DNA of 64,000 nucleotides from Eledone cirrhosa (taxonomy: Eukaryota), in NCBI GenBank assembly GCA_964016885.1, contig OZ024743.1, positions 56,048,001-56,112,000 on the forward strand, given 5' to 3'. Position 1 is the stretch's first letter. Every line of letters begins with the position of its first letter. Below, one piece after another: positions 18,300 through 30,200 of this stretch. The position numbers and the translations under genes are program-made. The notes under the pieces were generated by a model. It worked only from the letters and a program-made list of their open reading frames with translations, was not told the DNA's origin and ran no database searches.

Positions 18300-21200
18300 T
18301 GGTGTTGTTGTTGATGTCCTTGGTGTTGTTGTTGGAGTCCTTGGTGTCGTTGTTGGTGTCCTTGGTGTTGTTGATGGTGTCCTTGGTGTTGTTGTTGGTG
18401 TCCTTGGTGTTGTTGTTGATGTCCTTGGTGTTGTTGTTGGAGTCCTTGGTGTTGTTGTTGGTGTCCTTGGTGTTGTTGATGGTGTCATTGGTGTTGTTGT
18501 TGTTGGTGTCCTTGGTGTTGTTGTTGTTGGTGTCCTTGGTGTTGTTGTTGGTGTCCTTGGTGTTGTTGTTGGTGTCATTGGTGTTGTTGTTGTTGGTGTC
18601 CTTGGTGTTGTTGTTGGTGTCCTTGGTGTTGTTGTTGGTGTCCTTGGTATTGTTGTTGGTGTCCTTGGTATTGTTGTTGGTGTCCTTGGTGTTGTTGTTG
18701 GTGTCCTTGGTGTTGTTGTTGGTGTCCTTGGTATTGTTGTTGGTGTCCTTGGTGTTGTTGTTGTTGGTGTCCTTGGTATTGTTGTTGGTGTCATTGGTGT
18801 TGTTGTTGTTGGTGTCCTTGGTATTGTTGTTGGTGTCCTTGGTGTTGTTGTTGGTGTCCTTGGTGTTGTTGTTGGTGTCCTTGGTGTTATTGATGGTGTC
18901 CTTGGTGTTGTTGTTGGTGTCCTTGGTGCTGTTGTTGATGTCCTTGGTGTTGTTGATGGTGTCTTTGGTGTTGTTGTTGGTGTCCTTGGTGTTGTTGTTG
19001 GTGTCCTTGGTGTTGTTGATGTCCTTGGTGTTGTTGTTGGTGTCCTTGGTGTTGTTGTTGGTGTCCTTGGTGTTGTTGTTGGTGTCCTTGGTGTTGTTGT
19101 TGGTGTCCTTGGTGTTGTTGATGGTGTCTTTGGTGTTGTTGTTGGTGTCCTTGGTGTTGTTGTTGGTGTCCTTGGTGTTGTTGATGTCCTTGGTGTTGTT
19201 GTTGGTGTCCTTGGTGTTGTTGTTGGTGTCCTTGGTGTTGTTGTTTGTGTCCTTGGTGTTGTTAATGTCCTTGGTGTTGTTGATGGTGTCCTTGGTGTTG
19301 TTGTTGGTGTCCTTGGTGTTGTTGTTGTTGGTGTCCTTGGTGTTGTTGTTGTTGGTGTCCTTGGTGTTGTTGTTGATGTCTTTGGTGTTGTTGTTGGTGT
19401 CCTTGGTGTTGTTGTTGTTGGTGTCCTTGGTGTTTGGGGTTGTTGTTGTTGTCCTTGGTTTTGTTGATGGTGTCCTTGGTGTTGTTGTTGGTGTCCTTGG
19501 TGTTGTTGTTGGTGTCCTTGGTGTTGTTGTTGATGTCCTTGGTGTTGTTGATGGTGTCCTTGGTGTTGTTGTTGGTGTCCTTGGTGTTGTTGTTGGTGTC
19601 CTTGGTGTTGTTGTTGATGTCCTTGGTGTTGTTGATGGTGTCCTTGGTGTTGTTGTTGGTGTCCTTGGTGTTGTTGTTGATGTCCTTGGAGTTGTTGATG
19701 GTGTCCTTGGTGTTGTTGTTGGTGTCCTTGGTGTTGTTGTTGGTGTCCTTGGTGTTGTTGTTGGTGTCCTTGGTGTTGTTGTTGATGTCCTTGGTGTTGT
19801 TGATGGTGCCTTGGTGTTGTTGTTGGTGTCCTTGGTATTGTTGTTGGTGTCCTTGGTGTTGTTGTTGTTGGTGTCCTTGGTATTGTTGTTGGTGTCCTTG
19901 GTGTTGTTGTTGGTGTCTTTGGTGTTGTTGATGGTGTCCTTGGTATTGTTGTTGGTGTCCTTGGTGTTGTTGTTGGTGTCAATGGTGTTGTTGTTGATGT
20001 CCTTGGTGTTGTTGTTGGTGTCCTTGGTATTGTTGTTGGTGTCCTTGGTGTTGTTGTTGGTGTCTTTGGTGTTGTTGATGGTGTCCTTGGTATTGTTGTT
20101 GGTGTCCTTGGTGTTGTTGTTGGTGTCTTTGGTGTTGTTGATGGTGTCCTTGGTATTGTTGTTGGTGTCCTTGGTGTTGTTGTTGGTGTCCTTGGTGTTG
20201 TTAATGTACTTGGTGTTGTTGTTGGTGTCCTTGGTATTGTTGTTGGTGTCCTTGGTGTTGTTGATGGTGTCCTTGGTGTTGTTAATGTCCTTGGTGTTGT
20301 TGTTGGTGTCCTTGGTATTGTTGTTGGTGTCCTTGGTGTTGTTGTTGGTGTCTTTGGTGTTGTTGATGGTGTCCTTGGTATTGTTGTTGGTGTCCTTGGT
20401 GTTGTTGTTGGTGTCTTTGGTGTTGTTGTTGATGTCCTTGGTGTTGTTGTTGGTGTCCTTGGTGTTGTTGTTGGTGTCCTTGGTGTTGTTAATGTCCTTG
20501 GTGTTGTTGTTGGTGTCCTTGGTGTTGTTGTTGGTGTCTTTGGTGTTGTTGTTGGTATCCTTGGTGTTGGTGTCTTTGGTGTTGTTGTTGTCCTTGGTGT
20601 TGTTGTTGGTGTCCTTGGTGTTGTTGTTGGTGTCCTTGGTGTTGTTGTTGGTGTCTTTGGTGTTGTTGTTGTCTTGGTATTGTTGTTGGTGTCCTTGGTG
20701 TTGTTGATGGTGTCCTTGGTATTGTTGTTGGTGTCCTTGGTGTTGTTGTTGATGTCTTTGGTGTTGTTGTTGATGTCCTTGGTTTTGTTGTTGGTGTCCT
20801 TGGTGTTGTTGTGGGTGTCGTTGGTGTTGTTAATGTCCTTGGTGTTGTTGTTGGTGTCTTTGGTGTTGTTGATGGTGTCCTTGGTGTTGTTGTTGTTGGT
20901 GTCCTTGGTGTTTTTGTTGGTGACCTTGGTTTTGTTGATGGTGTCCTTGGTGTTGTTGTTGTTGGTGTCCTTGGTGTTGTTAATGTCCTTGGTGTTGTTG
21001 TTGGTGTCCTTGGTGTTGTTAATGTCCTTGCTTTTGTTGTTGGTGTCTTTGGTGTTGTTGATGGTGTCCTTGGTGTTGTTGTTGTTGGTGTCCTTGGTGT
21101 TGTTGTTGGTGTCCTTGGTGTTGTTGATGGTGTCCTTGGTTTTGTTGATGGTGTCCTTGGTGTTGTTGTTGGTGTCCTTGGTGTTGTTGTTGGTGTCCTT

Positions 21201-24200
21201 GGTGTTGTTGTTGGTGCCCTTGGTTTTGTTGATGGTGTCCTTGGTGTTTTTGTTGGTGTCCTTGGTGTTGTTGGTGTTCTTGGTGTTGTTGTTGATGCCC
21301 TTGGTGTTGTTGTTAATGTCCTTGGTGTTGTTGTTGGTGTCCTTGGTATTGTTGTTGGTGTCCTTGGTGTTGTTGTTGTTGGTGTCCTTGGTATTGTTGT
21401 TGGTGTCCTTGGTGTTGTTGTTGGTGTCTTTGGTGTTGTTGTTGATGTCCTTGGTGTTGTTGTTGGTGTCCTTGGTGTTGTTAATGTCCTTGGTGTTGTT
21501 GTTGGTGTCCTTGGTGTTGTTGTTGGTGTCTTTGGTGTTGTTGATGGTGTCCTTGTTATTGTTGTTGGTGTCCTTGGTATTGTTGTTAGTGTCTTTGGTG
21601 TTGTTGTTGATGTCCTTGGTGTTGTTGTTGGTGTCCTTGGTGTTGTTGTTGGTGTCCTTGGTGTTGTTGTTGGTGTCTTTGGTGTTGTTGTTGGTGTCCT
21701 TGGTGTTGGTGTCTTTGGTGTTGTTGTTGGTGTCCTTGGTGTTGGTGTCTTTGGTGTTGTTGTTGTCCTTGGTGTTGTTGTTGGTGTCCTTGGTGTTGTT
21801 GTTGGAGTCCTTGGTGTTGTTGTTGGTGTCTTTGGTGTTGTTGTTGTCTTGGTATTGTTGTTGGTGTCCTTGGTGTTGTTGTTGGTGTCTTTGGTGTTGT
21901 TGATGGTGTCCTTGGTGTTGTTGTGGGTGTCGTTGGTGTTGTTAATGTCCTTGGTGTTGTTGTTGGTGTCTTTGGTGTTGTTGATGGTGTCCTTAGTGTT
22001 GTTGGTGTCCTTGGTGTTTTTGTTGGTGACCTTGGTTTTGTTGATGGTGTCCTTGGTGTTGTTGTTGTTGGTGTCCTTGGTGTTGTTAATGTCCTTGGTG
22101 TTGTTGTTGGTGTCCTTGGTGTTGTTAATGTCCTTGCTTTTGTTGTTGGTGTCTTTGGTGTTGTTGATGGTGTCCTTGGTGTTGTTGTTGTTGGTGTCCT
22201 TGGTGTTGTTGTTGGTGTCCTTGGTGTTGTTGATGGTGTCCTTGGTTTTGTTGATGGTGTCCTTGGTGTTGTTGTTGGTGTCCTTGGTGTTGTTGGTGTT
22301 CTTGGTGTTGTTGTTGATGCCCTTGGTGTTGTTGTTGGTGTCCTTGGTGTTGTTGTTGGTGTCCTTGGTGTTGTTGTTGGTGTCCTTGGTATTGTTGTTG
22401 GTGTCCTTGGTTTTGTTGTTGTTGGTGTCCTTGGTGTTGTTGTTGGTGTCCTTGGTGTTGTTGTTGGTGTCCTTGGTTTTGTTGATGGTGTCCTTGGTGT
22501 TGTTGTTGGTGTCCTTGGTGTTGTTGGTGTTCTTGGTGTTGTTGTTGATGCCCTTGGTGTTGTTGTTAATGTCCTTGATGTTGTTGTTGGTGTCCTTGGT
22601 ATTGTTGTTGGTGTCCTTGGTGTTGTTGTTGTTGGTGTCCTTGGTATTGTTGTTGGTGTCCTTGGTGTTGTTGTTGGTGTCTTGGTGTTGTTGTTGATGT
22701 CCTTGGTGTTGTTGTTGGTGTCCTTGGTGTTGTTGTTGGTGTCCTTGGTGTTGTTAATGTCCTTGGTGTTGTTGTTGGTGTCCTTGGTATTGTTGTTGGT
22801 GTCCTTGGTGTTGTTGTTGGTGTCCTTGGTGTTGTTAATGTCCTTGGTGTTGTTGTTGGTGTCCTTGGTATTGTTGTTGGTGTCCTTGGTGTTGTTGTTG
22901 GTGTCTTTGGTGTTGTTGATGGTGTCCTTGTTATTGTTGTTGGTGTCCTTGGTATTGTTGTTGGTGTCTTTGGTGTTGTTGTTGATGTCCTTGGTGTTGT
23001 TGTTGGTGTCCTTGGTGTTGTTGTTGGTGTCCTTGGTGTTGTTAATGTCCTTGGTGTTGTTGTTGGTGTCCTTGGTGTTGTTGTTGGTGTCTTTGGTGTT
23101 GTTGTTGGTGTCCTTGGTATTGTTGTTGGTGTCCTTGGTGTTGTTGTTGTTAGTGTCCTTGGTATTGTTGTTGGTGTCCTTGGTGTTGTTGTTGGTGTCC
23201 TTGGTGTTGTTGTTGATGTCCTTGGTGTTGTTGTTGTTGGTGTCCTTGGTGTTGTTGTTGGTGTCCTTGGTGTGGTTGTTGTTGGTGTCCTTGGTATTGT
23301 TGTTGGTGTCCTTGGTGTGGTTGTTGTTGGTGTCCTTGGTGTTGTTGTTGTTGATGTTCTTGGTGTTGTTGTTGGTGTCCTTGGTATCGTTGTTGTTGTC
23401 CTTGGTGTTGATGTTGATGTCCTTGGTATTGTTGTTGGTGTCCTTGGTGTTGTTGTTGGTGTCTTTGGTGTTGTTGATGGTGTCCTTGTTATTGTTGTTG
23501 GTGTCCTTGGTATTGTTGTTGGTGTCTTTGGTGTTGTTGTTGGTGTCTTTGGTGTTGTTGTTGATGTCCTTGGTGTTGTTGTTGGTGTCCTTGGTGTTGT
23601 TGTTGATGTCCTTGGTGTTGTTGTTGGAGTCCTTGGTGTCGTTGTTGGTGTCCTTGGTGTTGTTGATGGTGTCCTTGGTGTTGTTGTTGGTGTCCTTGGT
23701 GTTGTTGTTGATGTCCTTGGTGTTGTTGTTGGAGTCCTTGGTGTTGTTGTTGGTGTCCTTGGTGTTGTTGATGGTGTCATTGGTGTTGTTGTTGTTGGTG
23801 TCCTTGGTGTTGTTGTTGTTGGTGTCCTTGGTGTTGTTGTTGGTGTCCTTGGTGTTGTTGTTGGTGTCATTGGTGTTGTTGTTGTTGGTGTCCTTGGTGT
23901 TGTTGTTGGTGTCCTTGGTGTTGTTGTTGGTGTCCTTGGTATTGTTGTTGGTGTCCTTGGTATTGTTGTTGGTGTCCTTGGTGTTGTTGTTGGTGTCCTT
24001 GGTGTTGTTGTTGGTGTCCTTGGTATTGTTGTTGGTGTCCTTGGTGTTGTTGTTGTTGGTGTCCTTGGTATTGTTGTTGGTGTCATTGGTGTTGTTGTTG
24101 TTGGTGTCCTTGGTATTGTTGTTGGTGTCCTTGGTGTTGTTGTTGGTGTCCTTGGTGTTGTTGTTGGTGTCCTTGGTGTTATTGATGGTGTCCTTGGTGT

Positions 24201-27200
24201 TGTTGTTGGTGTCCTTGGTGCTGTTGTTGATGTCCTTGGTGTTGTTGATGGTGTCTTTGGTGTTGTTGTTGGTGTCCTTGGTGTTGTTGTTGGTGTCCTT
24301 GGTGTTGTTGATGTCCTTGGTGTTGTTGTTGGTGTCCTTGGTGTTGTTGTTGGTGTCCTTGGTGTTGTTGTTGGTGTCCTTGGTGTTGTTGTTGGTGTCC
24401 TTGGTGTTGTTGATGGTGTCTTTGGTGTTGTTGTTGGTGTCCTTGGTGTTGTTGTTGGTGTCCTTGGTGTTGTTGAAGTCCTTGGTGTTGTTGTTGGTGT
24501 CCTTGGTGTTGTTGTTGGTGTCCTTGGTGTTGTTGTTTGTGTCCTTGGTGTTGTTAATGTCCTTGGTGTTGTTGATGGTGTCCTTGGTGTTGTTGTTGGT
24601 GTCCTTGGTGTTGTTGTTGTTGGTGTCCTTGGTGTTGTTGTTGTTGGTGTCCTTGGTGTTGTTGTTGATGTCTTTGGTGTTGTTGTTGGTGTCCTTGGTG
24701 TTGTTGTTGTTGGTGTCCTTGGTGTTTGGGGTTGTTGTTGTTGTCCTTGGTTTTGTTGATGGTGTCCTTGGTGTTGTTGTTGGTGTCCTTGGTGTTGTTG
24801 TTGGTGTCCTTGGTGTTGTTGTTGATGTCCTTGGTGTTGTTGATGGTGTCGTTGGTGTTGTTGTTGGTGTCCTTGGTGTTGTTGTTGGTGTCCTTGGTGT
24901 TGTTGTTGATGTCCTTGGTGTTGTTGATGGTGTCCTTGGTGTTGTTGTTGGTGTCCTTGGTGTTGTTGTTGATGTCCTTGGAGTTGTTGATGGTGTCCTT
25001 GGTGTTGTTGTTGGTGTCCTTGGTGTTGTTGTTGGTGTCCTTGGTGTTGTTGTTGGTGTCCTTGGTGTTGTTGTTGATGTCCTTGGTGTTGTTGATGGTG
25101 CCTTGGTGTTGTTGTTGGTGTCCTTGGTATTGTTGTTGGTGTCCTTGGTGTTGTTGTTGTTGGTGTCCTTGGTATTGTTGTTGGTGTCCTTGGTGTTGTT
25201 GTTGGTGTCTTTGGTGTTGTTGATGGTGTCCTTGGTATTGTTGTTGGTGTCCTTGGTGTTGTTGTTGGTGTCAATGGTGTTGTTGTTGATGTCCTTGGTG
25301 TTGTTGTTGGTGTCCTTGGTATTGTTGTTGGTGTCCTTGGTGTTGTTGTTGGTGTCTTTGGTGTTGTTGATGGTGTCCTTGGTATTGTTGTTGGTGTCCT
25401 TGGTGTTGTTGTTGGTGTCTTTGGTGTTGTTGATGGTGTCCTTGGTATTGTTGTTGGTGTCCTTGGTGTTGTTGTTGGTGTCCTTGGTGTTGTTAATGTA
25501 CTTGGTGTTGTTGTTGGTGTCCTTGGTATTGTTGTTGGTGTCCTTGGTGTTGTTGATGGTGTCCTTGGTGTTGTTAATGTCCTTGGTGTTGTTGTTGGTG
25601 TCCTTGGTATTGTTGTTGGTGTCCTTGGTGTTGTTGTTGGTGTCTTTGGTGTTGTTGATGGTGTCCTTGGTATTGTTGTTGGTGTCCTTGGTGTTGTTGT
25701 TGGTGTCTTTGGTGTTGTTGTTGATGTCCTTGGTCTTGTTGTTGGTGTCCTTGGTGTTGTTGTTGGTGTCCTTGGTGTTGTTAATGTCCTTGGTGTTGTT
25801 GTTGGTGTCCTTGGTGTTGTTGTTGGTGTCTTTGGTGTTGTTGTTGGTATCCTTGGTGTTGGTGTCTTTGGTGTTGTTGTTGTCCTTGGTGTTGTTGTTG
25901 GTGTCCTTGGTGTTGTTGTTGGTGTCCTTGGTGTTGTTGTTGGTGTCTTTGGTGTTGTTGTTGTCTTGGTATTGTTGTTGGTGTCCTTGGTGTTGTTGAT
26001 GGTGTCCTTGGTATTGTTGTTGGTGTCCTTGGTGTTGTTGTTGATGTCTTTGGTGTTGTTGTTGAAGTCCTTGGTTTTGTTGTTGGTGTCCTTGGTGTTG
26101 TTGTGGGTGTCGTTGGTGTTGTTAATGTCCTTGGTGTTGTTGTTGGTGTCTTTGGTGTTGTTGATGGTGTCCTTGGTGTTGTTGTTGTTGGTGTCCTTGG
26201 TGTTTTTGTTGGTGACCTTGGTTTTGTTGATGGTGTCCTTGGTGTTGTTGTTGTTGGTGTCCTTGGTGTTGTTAATGTCCTTGGTGTTGTTGTTGGTGTC
26301 CTTGGTGTTGTTAATGTCCTTGCTTTTGTTGTTGGTGTCTTTGGTGTTGTTGATGGTGTCCTTGGTGTTGTTGTTGTTGGTGTCCTTGGTGTTGTTGTTG
26401 GTGTCCTTGGTGTTGTTGATGGTGTCCTTGGTTTTGTTGATGGTGTCCTTGGTGTTGTTGTTGGTGTCATTGGTGTTGTTGTTGTTGGTGTCCTTGGTGT
26501 TGTTGTTGGTGTCCTTGGTGTTGTTGTTGGTGTCCTTGGTGTTGTTGTTGGTGCCCTTGGTTTTGTTGATGGTGTCCTTGGTGTTGTTGTTGGTGTCCTT
26601 GGTGTTGTTGGTGTTCTTGGTGTTGTTGTTGATGCCCTTGGTGTTGTTGTTAATGTCCTTGGTGTTGTTGTTGGTGTCCTTGGTATTGTTGTTGGTGTCC
26701 TTGGTGTTGTTGTTGTTGGTGTCCTTGGTATTGTTGTTGGTGTCCTTGGTGTTGTTGTTGGTGTCTTTGGTGTTGTTGTTGATGTCCTTGGTGTTGTTGT
26801 TGGTGTCCTTGGTGTTGTTAATGTCCTTGGTGTTGTTGTTGGTGTCCTTGGTGTTGTTGTTGGTGTCTTTGGTGTTGTTGATGGTGTCCTTGTTATTGTT
26901 GTTGGTGTCCTTGGTATTGTTGTTAGTGTCTTTGGTGTTGTTGTTGATGTCCTTGGTGTTGTTGTTGGTGTCCTTGGTGTTGTTGTTGGTGTCCTTGGTG
27001 TTGTTGTTGGTGTCTTTGGTGTTGTTGTTGGTGTCCTTGGTGTTGGTGTCTTTGGTGTTGTTGTTGGTGTCCTTGGTGTTGGTGTCTTTGGTGTTGTTGT
27101 TGTCCTTGGTGTTGTTGTTGGTGTCCTTGGTGTTGTTGTTGGAGTCCTTGGTGTTGTTGTTGGTGTCTTTGGTGTTGTTGTTGTCTTGGTATTGTTGTTG

Positions 27201-30200
27201 GTGTCCTTGGTGTTGTTGTTGGTGTCTTTGGTGTTGTTGATGGTGTCCTTGGTGTTGTTGTGGGTGTCGTTGGTGTTGTTAATGTCCTTGGTGTTGTTGT
27301 TGGTGTCTTTGGTGTTGTTGATGGTGTCCTTGGTGTTGTTGGTGTCCTTGGTGTTTTTGTTGGTGACCTTGGTTTTGTTGATGGTGTCCTTGGTGTTGTT
27401 GTTGTTGGTGTCCTTGGTGTTGTTAATGTCCTTGGTGTTGTTGTTGGTGTCCTTGGTGTTGTTAATGTCCTTGCTTTTGTTGTTGGTGTCTTTGGTGTTG
27501 TTGATGGTGTCCTTGGTGTTGTTGTTGTTGGTGTCCTTGGTGTTGTTGTTGGTGTCCTTGGTGTTGTTGATGGTGTCCTTGGTTTTGTTGATGGTGTCCT
27601 TGGTGTTGTTGTTGGTGTCCTTGGTGTTGTTGGTGTTCTTGGTGTTGTTGTTGATGCCCTTGGTGTTGTTGTTGGTGTCCTTGGTGTTGTTGTTGGTGTC
27701 CTTGGTGTTGTTGTTGGTGTCCTTGGTATTGTTGTTGGTGTCCTTGGTTTTGTTGTTGTTGGTGTCCTTGGTGTTGTTGTTGGTGTCCTTGGTGTTGTTG
27801 TTGGTGTCCTTGGTTTTGTTGATGGTGTCCTTGGTGTTGTTGTTGGTGTCCTTGGTGTTGTTGGTGTTCTTGGTGTTGTTGTTGATGCCCTTGGTGTTGT
27901 TGTTAATGTCCTTGATGTTGTTGTTGGTGTCCTTGGTATTGTTGTTGGTGTCCTTGGTGTTGTTGTTGTTGGTGTCCTTGGTATTGTTGTTGGTGTCCTT
28001 GGTGTTGTTGTTGGTGTCTTGGTGTTGTTGTTGATGTCCTTGGTGTTGTTGTTGGTGTCCTTGGTGTTGTTGTTGGTGTCCTTGGTGTTGTTAATGTCCT
28101 TGGTGTTGTTGTTGGTGTCCTTGGTATTGTTGTTGGTGTCCTTGGTGTTGTTGTTGGTGTCCTTGGTGTTGTTAATGTCCTTGGTGTTGTTGTTGGTGTC
28201 CTTGGTATTGTTGTTGGTGTCCTTGGTGTTGTTGTTGGTGTCTTTGGTGTTGTTGATGGTGTCCTTGTTATTGTTGTTGGTGTCCTTGGTATTGTTGTTG
28301 GTGTCTTTGGTGTTGTTGTTGATGTCCTTGGTGTTGTTGTTGGTGTCCTTGGTGTTGTTGTTGGTGTCCTTGGTGTTGTTAATGTCCTTGGTGTTGTTGT
28401 TGGTGTCCTTGGTGTTGTTGTTGGTGTCTTTGGTGTTGTTGTTGGTGTCCTTGGTATTGTTGTTGGTGTCCTTGGTGTTGTTGTTGTTAGTGTCCTTGGT
28501 ATTGTTGTTGGTGTCCTTGGTGTTGTTGTTGGTGTCCTTGGTGTTGTTGTTGATGTCCTTGGTGTTGTTGTTGTTGGTGTCCTTGGTGTTGTTGTTGGTG
28601 TCCTTGGTGTGGTTGTTGTTGGTGTCCTTGGTATTGTTGTTGGTGTCCTTGGTGTGGTTGTTGTTGGTGTCCTTGGTGTTGTTGTTGTTGATGTTCTTGG
28701 TGTTGTTGTTGGTGTCCTTGGTATCGTTGTTGTTGTCCTTGGTGTTGATGTTGATGTCCTTGGTATTGTTGTTGGTGTCCTTGGTGTTGTTGTTGGTGTC
28801 TTTGGTGTTGTTGATGGTGTCCTTGTTATTGTTGTTGGTGTCCTTGGTGTTGTTGTTGGTGTCTTTGGTGTTGTTGTTGATGTCCTTGGTGTTGTTGTTG
28901 GTGTCCTTGGTGTTGTTGTTGGTGTCCTTGGTGTTGTTAATGTCCTTGGTGTTGTTGTTGGTGTCCTTGGTGTTGTTGTTGGTGTCCTTGGTGTTGTTGT
29001 TGATGGTGTCCTTGGATTTGTTGATGGTGTACTTGGTTTTGTTGATGGTGTCCTTGGTGTTGTTAATGTCCTTGATGTTGTTGTTGGTGTCCTTGGTGTT
29101 GTTGGTGTTCTTGGTGTTGTTGTTGGTGTCCTTGGTGTTGTTGTTGATGTCCTTGGTGTTGTTGATGGTGTCCTTGGTGTTGTTGATGTCCTTGGTGTTG
29201 TTGTTGGTGTCCTTGGTGTTGTTGGTGTTCTTGGTGTTGTTGTTGGTGTCCTTGGTGTTGTTGTTGATGTCCTTGGTGTTGTTGATGGTGTCCTTGGTGT
29301 TGTTGATGTCCTTGGTGTTGTTGTTGGTGTCCTTGGTGTTGTTGTTGGTGTCCTTGGTGTTGTTGTTGGTGTCATTGGTGTTGTTGTTGGTGTTCTTGGT
29401 GTTCTTGGTGTTGTTGGTATTGTTGTTGGTGTTCTTGGTGTTTTTGTTGATGTCCTTGGTGTTGTTGTTGGTGTCATTGGTGTTGTTGTTGGTGTTCTTG
29501 GTGTTGTTGGTGTTGTTGGTGTTGTTGTTGGTGTTCTTGGTGTTGTTGGTGTCCTCGGTGTTGTTGTTGGTGTCCTTGGTGTTGTTGTTGGTGTCATTGG
29601 TGTTGTTGTTGGTGTTGTTGGTGTTCTTGGTGTTGTTGGTGTTGTTGTTGGTGTTCTTGGTGTTCTTGGTGTTGTTGGTGTTGTTGTTGGTGTTCTTGGT
29701 GTTTTTGTTGGTGTCCTTGGTGTTGTTGTTGGTGTCATTGGTGTTGTTGTTGGTGTTCTTGGTGTTCTTGGTGTTGTTGGTGTTGTTGTTGGTGTTCTTG
29801 GTGTTGTTGGTGTCCTCGGTGTTGTTGTTGGTGTCCTTGGTGTTGTTGTTGGTGTCATTGGTGTTGTTGTTGGTGTTCTTGGTGTTCTTGGTGTTGTTGG
29901 TGTTGTTGTTGGTGTTCTTGGTGTTTTTGTTGGTGTCATTGGTGTTGTTGTTGATGTCCTTGGTGTTGTTGTTGGTGTCCTTGGTGTTGTTGTTGATGTC
30001 CTTGGTGTTGTTGATGGTGCCTTGGTGTTGTTGTTGGTGTCCTTGGTATTGTTGTTGGTGTCCTTGGTGTTGTTGTTGTTGGTGTCCTTGGTATTGTTGT
30101 TGGTGTCCTTGGTGTTGTTGTTGGTGTCTTTGGTGTTGTTGATGGTGTCCTTGGTATTGTTGTTGGTGTCCTTGGTGTTGTTGTTGGTGTCATTGGTGTT